A DNA stretch of 64,000 nucleotides. It comes from Chrysomallon squamiferum. Lineage: Eukaryota > Animalia > Mollusca. The position numbers were made by a program, and so were the translations under genes. The notes below the pieces were generated by a model. It worked only from the letters and a program-made list of their open reading frames with translations. It was not told the DNA's origin and searched no databases. Below, one piece after another: positions 41,257 to 64,000 of this stretch (the first letter of the stretch is position 1; every line of letters starts with the position of its first letter). The stretch is from contig CM022678.1 in NCBI GenBank assembly GCA_012295275.1, forward strand, positions 10,416,001 to 10,480,000, given 5' to 3'.

Positions 41257-41872
41257 TTCGACAATATGATGTACAAAAGAGACCGGCTACTTAGTATACA
41301 CGTGAGTGTTTGACGTCAAAGGAGGGTGGTCGTTGACATTTTGAGAATAGTGACTTATTTTATAACTCCATTTCCTTTAAATTTGTGCTTGATATTTAAA
41401 AACATAAATATTTCAAATATTTCGAAAATAATTTTTAAAAATTAAATAAATATATTATGGAAATATATAATAAAATTAGAACCGGAACTCCCCTATTTTT
41501 AAAGTGGTATTACCCGGTGTTGGATTTTTATAACTCCCATGGCACTACGAGGGGTGGTAACCTGGAAGCAATTATTAATTAAAAAAATTCTATTTATTTT
41601 ATAAACCAGAAAGCACAAAATTAAATTCGAAAAAATATACTTTATTTTCATTGTTATAAAATAATATGATTTAATGATTTACGTCTTTCACTGATACTTT
41701 TTACAAACTATAATCATAACCACCGGAACCGCTCAAATGGTATAACCCAATGCAATCCCTCCGTATGGATAGGTTTAGTTGGTGCACGGTCTCTGTATTA
41801 TTCTAAGAATAGAAAACATCCAGCCGGCGAAATTTGGGATTATTTCGAGCCCATGTGGCTTTAGTTTTTCAA
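41257..41872. promoter_or_regulatory. Putative bidirectional promoter and 5' UTRs shared by IDH2 and NNT
   Basis: IDH2 ATG at 41256 (minus); plus-strand donor CAA|gtaagt at 41872/41873 is the likely end of a non-coding NNT exon 1. CACGTG 41299-41304, TGACGTCA 41311-41318, two ACCGGAAC ETS-like sites (~41481, ~41722). Confidence 0.6.
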
Positions 41873-43626
41873 GTAAGTAGTGTATTTTTATGTAAACTGT
41901 GAAACTGTTAATTTCTTTTAGTGCACTATCTGTTTATTGTTCGGTTACATGTGTGTTATTATTTTACCCCTCCTCCCGGTATTGCTTACGAATGATATTC
42001 AGTCTAAACTCGTAATGACACCTTGATACTAATAGAACAAAAGCGGCATTATGTAATTTAAATGTACTTAGTAGTCTTTTACACTTATTTCTAAAGGATA
42101 ATCAGCTGCATCGTTAATCCCTTTTGCATAATGTAAATCGTTTACTGTAAGATGTTGACTATGTAGGGAGATATCATAATTTGTTTTGGTAGAGGTCACG
42201 CAAGGTCCTGCCGTTACTGGAATACCTTTCGTCTGTTATGTAATATATTTTGAAAGGCTAGCTAATAGGAATTAATCCTACAGATGAGTATAGCCTGACA
42301 AAAAAGAAATTGGCGACATAAAAGGTAGACACCTACTCATATGAAATCGAATCAGACCTGACATTTTTGTAAATTATTAAGTAAAATGATATCAGTGATA
42401 TTAAGTAAAGTATTATTAATAACAAAAAGTTGTTCAATATTGTGAAAACAATCAAGTTGTTATTATGCAAGTTTCACCATTAATAATAACATTGAAATAA
42501 AACATCATTTGTTGCATTTGGCACTGTTAAATTTTAAGAAACTTTACACCATATCTATGTAAATAAAGCATAAAATATTAAAAGCTAAATGGGCTGCATT
42601 TGTTATTAATAAAATTGCAAACTCACAAATATATCCATTTGTGTGTGTGTGGTGCAACCTGAAAATGAATTTAAAATAAATTTTGTAAAAATAATTTTTT
42701 AAACACACATCCACATACATATAAATAAATGACACTATCAACTTGTTGCATAATAATAAACTTACTGAACCTTGCTAACTTATTAAAATATCTGTACTTG
42801 GAATCATTCACGCATGTGTGTGTATATTATTCACAAACAAAATATGTAACCAGCTAAAGCAAGTTTATATTTTAAAAAGCTCACACAGACACACACACAC
42901 ACACACACACACTGTCATAGCCAAACACTTTATAAAAGTACTATTGTGATATAGTCAGGACACAAAATGTTTGTGTGTATGTGTGTATGTGTGTGTGTGT
43001 GTGTAAGAATACATTGATATGGGGTTAACATCCTTGTACAAAAAGACAAAAATGTCACGGGTGGGTGAATGCACACATAAATAGGCCATGTAATCTACAG
43101 TTTGTTTACAGTGACACAGCATTTGGAAGTTATCTTTTAAGAAGGACAGAAATATTAATTTTCATATTTAGGGATTGGTGAGCTTGTCTTGCATTCAGTT
43201 AAATATTGTATTAACTTTTTACATTGGTTAGAAGGACGAAAATACTATTTTCTGTAAACGTAAATTTTACTAGTTGTATTAGTAGTATTTTAATGTAATT
43301 GTGAAGATGAATATCACTATTGGAGAACATTTTATTATAAAAAAAATCTGTTTTATTTTTCTTTGAAGTGTTGCAGTATTTTTTTTTCTTTTTTCTTTTT
43401 TCAGAAACTGTTAAAATTATCGATTATTTTATTATTCAGGCATTATTACTTTTAATTAGATTATACTATCAGCAGTATTTCTGTACAGCAGTCATTTCAT
43501 ACTTCAGGTTAAAATATTTCTTTTAAATTATATACAATTTAACTTTCTGTATGATGATAATTTAAACTCTTTTTACTTCAGAAGCTGTTGTAGTTGTCGG
43601 AAAGAGCCGGCCTGCCAACAAGAACG

Positions 43627-58824
<15,198 letters not shown>

Positions 58825-61726
58825 TCACAATAATAATTAGCTTCATTTTCAAATTTTGTATTAAAAAAAATAAGCTTGAAGCAACAAACTTTTCTAGTTA
58901 AAGATATTCATTTTATCTGGATAATAAATTAAAAGATATTTTTTATTGGATAGATTGTAAAAGAGACTTTTTGATTGAATGATATAGTCAAATAAAAGAA
59001 TGTTTGATTGGGTAACATTTTTTAACAGAAAATGTTAGATTGGTGAACATTGTATAAGAAACTGATGTTAATAGCAAAAGAGCTTATTTTTATTGGATAA
59101 CAGTATCCTGGTAAAAGAAAGCTGACTTTTGTTTGGATAATATTGTTAATTGACCAACCTATTTTGGTCTCTCTCCCTCTCTCCCCTTTGTTAATATTTG
59201 TGAGTGTTTGTTAGACAATATAATTTTGGACTGGATATTATTTCTTTTTTGTAATTATTCTAACAATATATTAAGAGGTGATTGGTTATCAGTAAAAAAA
59301 AAAAAAGAAACAAGGATCTGATTGGTTGGTGTACTGTTTCAGTGAAGGTTTAGGTTTGAAAGTTAGCTAGAACTAATAAAAGACTTCAGTCTTAATGTCT
59401 GCTGTGTGTCTAGTGTTTTTATATATTTATATTTAATATTTAAAAATATGTATAGTAAGAATAGTGACAATCAAAGAATGAGATGTAAAGTATTATTAGT
59501 AAATTTACAAAATATATTTATATATATATATATTTAAAAACAAGCATATCGGTGTGATTTAAAAAATTATATTTGATGCTGGAAGAAGAAAAAATTATTT
59601 ACTTTCCAGTGAAAGATGAAATGTTTTGGATTTTATAAATTCAAAAAAAAAAAAAAATAAATAAATAAATTCATATGTTCAGCTTTAAGTGGTTGCAGGA
59701 GATCAAACAAAAGAATCTTTTTAACATGATAATTGTGATCTTGAACAGAAATATATTTTCTTAAAATAAAGACTAATAACATACAACTGTGTTCCAGAAA
59801 AGCAAGGCCATTTTATGGCAGTTTAATTAAAAAAGAACAAAATCTTCTTCATTAACATAAATAAAATTTTACCATTACAGCAAGTTTCTGTTAAGATTCA
59901 AAAGTGAAAAATTGGATGAGGTTTCATCTGATAAGAATGTTAACATTAATAATTGAATTAATGCTGTAGACATAACAACCTAAATGTGATGGTGGTTATA
60001 AAAAAAAAATGATTTTCATTCTAGAAACATTTCGACAGAAATTAACTTGTAATTCTGGATGGTTTGCCTCTCAATGTGAAGTCAGATATTCTCATAGAAG
60101 TCTTGTATTAATTCAGATAATGTTGCTTGCAGATTCAGAAGATTTATATTCAATACTTTTTGCTAGATTATTTAGTAATTACTGTCAAATGCAAACAAAA
60201 TATGTTTACATATTTATAAATGGTAATAATGTCTTTTATTAGTCCTCTGCAATATAGTTGGTTAATACTAATTCTTTACTTGTTTTTTTTTTTTTTTTTA
60301 AATTTAAATATAGATTTTTAGTGTTTATAGATAATCATTGGTCATTAAGTGACATAGAATTTTAAACTGAAAAATTGTTAATTTCAGATTATAAATTAAT
60401 CATGATATGGTACTTAAAAATTCATAGTGTTTTTTATTATTTTTATTATTATTCTTTTTAATAATTATAACTGACCATAATTAAGCACTCAAATTAAAAA
60501 ACTACTGAAAAATCAGTTTGCTTCAAAATATACAGTTTTGAGAAATAGTAATTGACAATAATTTTGGAAATATTTCTCCTATTAAAAAAAGATGCCTTTA
60601 TATTACCAGGTATATCTGTAAATCTCTTGTTCTATCTCTATGTATACATTTCATTGGTTTCATAAAGACGTTTTGCATCTATTTAATACTTTTAAGTGGA
60701 CAGCTAGTAAGGGTTGGTTCAAATAGTAAGTTTGCCACTTAGTTTACCATCTATTTACTGATTTGACATGTACACAGGATTTGTAAGGGTGAAATTAAAA
60801 ACCGAAAAGACATATTAAATGTTTGTTTTCTGTATACTGTTTCATAAAGAGTGAACAATTTCAATACACATTTATTTTTGAAGGGTTTTATTTCGATTTA
60901 TTAAAAACAAAATTATTTCTATTATTATAAAACAAATTACTGATTTGAGCCTAATTTCTGGATTTGTTCTTAGTGTAGAATATATTCATATAATAATGAT
61001 TAATTTCTAAAACTTGCATCGAAGCTATGGTCGGGTACTGTTCAAGGGAAAACTTAAATTTATTACATTCAAAAACAAGTAAATGATTAAAGAAAAACCA
61101 ACAAAAAACGCTGCAGTAATAGAACGACCTGCTGAAAACGTTAGAACTAAGACCACTTAAAAATATTCATTTAGCGTCCATCCATAAATAAGTAAAAGGT
61201 TTTTGATTTTTTTAAAAAATACTTCCATGACAGAATGTAGTCCTGAAAACTTTAAAAATAACTATGGCTTTCGTGTTCAGAAGGCATGAATGGGAAGAAC
61301 AGAAGACCACAGACACTATCTAGCTAGAAATTGCTGTAGAAAACATTAAAGCATTAAAACTTAATATGAAATTTCAACTATATATATTTGACGCGATGGT
61401 TTATTAAAAATGAGTAAACAGGAAGTAAAGTTATGTTCTATCCCAACAGAACAAGTTTGTCACAGTTTATGATACCCATTTCGAAGTGACAGTGGGGAAA
61501 TTTTCTCAGAATCAATTTTAATGCACATTTACAAGCAGATAAAAACTCAACAACATGATCACGACATATATTTAACGCGACAGTGTGTAGACAGGAAGTG
61601 AGATTTTGTTCTGTGAAGACGAAAAAGACTGAAAATTCGTTTTGAGACTGTTTGCTAAAAATGTTCTTTTTTTTTTTTTTTTTTTTCTTAATTAGAAATG
61701 GAACGATTATAAATAATAATAAAAAA

Positions 61727-61768
<42 letters not shown>

Positions 61769-62319
61769 CTTTACCGACTGCTGAATACTTAGTTAACTAG
61801 AGCTCATTAACAAAAAGAATAAAAATAAAAATCTTTAACATCTGATTAATGCTCTTTATTACACATGACCGGAATTGAATTAAAAATTAAAATACCCGTA
61901 AATCAAAAAATTTATTAAAAATTTAATTTATTGCTCTTTATTACAATTACAGGAATTGTAATAAATATTAAAATATCCGTAAATCGATAAGTCTATTAAA
62001 AATTAAATGCAAAAATTATTTTTGAAATATTCAGTAAGCTTCATAGATAATGATAAATTATTTTTGAAATGTATAATAATAATAATAATAATAATTTAAA
62101 AAAGAAAATAAGAAAAGAAAAAAAAAAAACGAATTACAAAACGACATTCATTAAGTCATCCAGTTCTTTGGGAAACGCTTTTAGTATTATGAAAATGTAA
62201 TTACTGGAAATCAACAACCAATAAAACATCAGTTCCTATACTTGAACTGATTTGTTGATTTCATGTCGAGTACAGAAACCATAATACAACAACAACAATA
62301 ACATTAATTCATCCAGATC

Positions 62320-62600
62320 AAATATATTACACGACACTACGTTAAAGAATGTAAAATAACAACTCGTCTAACACATTCGTTAAAAGGTTAAAATAAATAA
62401 ATTTACTGATGATGATAATTTCTCCTAAATGATGTACATTGCAACACAACGTTAAAGAATGTAAATTAATAACTCGTCTAAACTTTCGTTAAAAGGTTAA
62501 ATAAATAAATAAATAAATAAATTTAATGATGATGATGATGATGATGACAATTTCTCCCAAATGATATACATTGCAAGAAGTACATTTAAGAATGAAAACT
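62320..62600. repeat. Degenerate tandem repeat (about 110-125 bp, 2.5 copies)
   Basis: acgttaaagaatgtaaa..aactcgtcta..ttcgttaaaaggttaaa..tgatgat..aatttctcc. Confidence 0.7.
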
Positions 62601-62734
62601 AACCCATTCGTTAAGACCTAAGCTGTACGCAGATGTACAAAGAGGTCGATTTTCAGTTTTGGAGGATTATGCGCACGTTTGTTGTGTCATTTCTTGTACA
62701 TAGTTTTGTGAGTATTAAGCTACGTATGCATCTT

Positions 62735-62779
<45 letters not shown>

Positions 62780-64000
62780 AAAGGTCAAACTGGCCTCATA
62801 CGTTACTTGTTAAAACATAAATATTGTAATAATGTTGATCATTTATTTATTTACGACGATTTGTCCACAACAAATTAAAATAAAGCCTTAACAAAGTCGT
62901 CGGTATATATTAACAATTAGCTTTGAGATCCAAACGATCCTTTTAAACGGCAGAATATAAACTGTAATAAAATAAAGCAACTTCTGAATACTATATTCGT
63001 TATCAGTAATTAACCATAATTCCTATATCATATATATTCAAACCGTTATTTTTCAAGCCGAAATTGCGAGACACAGAAAAATCCATATCGTTCAGCTTTA
63101 TTTCAGATCTGCGACATTTTGAAAATCAGAATATATGTATTCAAGTATATATAGAATGAATTAAGAATAAATGTTTCTACTACTAGTAATGAACCAACTG
63201 ACAGTTTTAATACATAATATTTATGTCAGAAAATGAATAAATAATTTATGTGCAATGAATGATCATGTTACCCGACGTATAAAATAAAAATAACTGACAG
63301 ATATAATATGAAAAAAATTACCGGGCGGAATTTATTTTCGTCACCTTAACATATTTTAATATTAACAGTTCTTGTTTTAATATTTTCCACTCACCCACGC
63401 ACGCAACACAGAGATAAAGAGAGAAAACATACACAGACATAGACGAGAAAGGCAACCAGCCGAAATCTGATGTGCTGGAGAAAAAGAATAATCCTAAATC
63501 TATGAATGCAGTGCAAAAGAAAAATTTATCTGGGCATATATATGTTAATGAAATGAACATCAAGAACATCTTCATTTCTCGAATATAATAGCTGCAGAAA
63601 ATGAACCGATAAAACATTTTTGTTTGTTTTTTGGTAAATATGATGAGCAATAAAAATGGTTAAAATGTTTAACACAAACAACAGAGAAATGCATCTGAAA
63701 TTAACTTTAAAGTAAATGTGATAGAGTATGGCGATAACTACATTCATTTTCAGTATTTCGAAACATATTTTTCTTAAACGAATTATATTAAAAACTTTCG
63801 GAGGGTGTGACTAGAATTAAGGGTGTGGCTAATAATCACTGCCGCTTGTGCCCATACCCCCCCACAAAAAAAATAGGTAATTAAAAACTTTACGTTTATT
63901 TAAAATTATTTAACTTCTTCTTTCGTTTCACCTTCTTTTTTTTTTTCTTTCTTTTATTTAAGTAAATAAAAATAATGAATTATATATTAACAGTAACTGT

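Noticed and set aside
63318-63747. Minus-strand ORFs and a possible small exon (cag at ~63475, gtgagt at ~63394) with a hydrophobic translation
   Set aside because: No recognisable homology and no convincing partner exons in the window; cannot be supported as a gene.

Overview
AT-rich, microsatellite-dense, intron-containing eukaryotic DNA, probably from an invertebrate animal; there are no prokaryotic features. Four spliced genes were reconstructed by hand from GT-AG boundaries and reading-frame phase. (1) The 5' part of a polypeptide GalNAc-transferase (minus strand, runs off the left edge). (2) A PHF20/PHF20L1-family chromatin reader (plus; two Tudor domains, C2H2 finger, PHD). (3) Mitochondrial NADP-isocitrate dehydrogenase IDH2 (minus). 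(4) Mitochondrial NAD(P) transhydrogenase NNT (plus, about 1069 aa). Three observations stand out. IDH2 and NNT, two major mitochondrial NADPH sources, sit head-to-head around a roughly 0.5-kb putative bidirectional promoter. IDH2 exon 4 as assembled is broken: His replaces the R149-equivalent Arg, GDQ and the splice donor are missing, and there is an in-frame stop. Three genes carry degenerate 'ghost' copies of splice acceptor plus exon start just upstream of real exons, each keeping an AG and running into a stop. Most ORFs in the supplied track are microsatellite artefacts.
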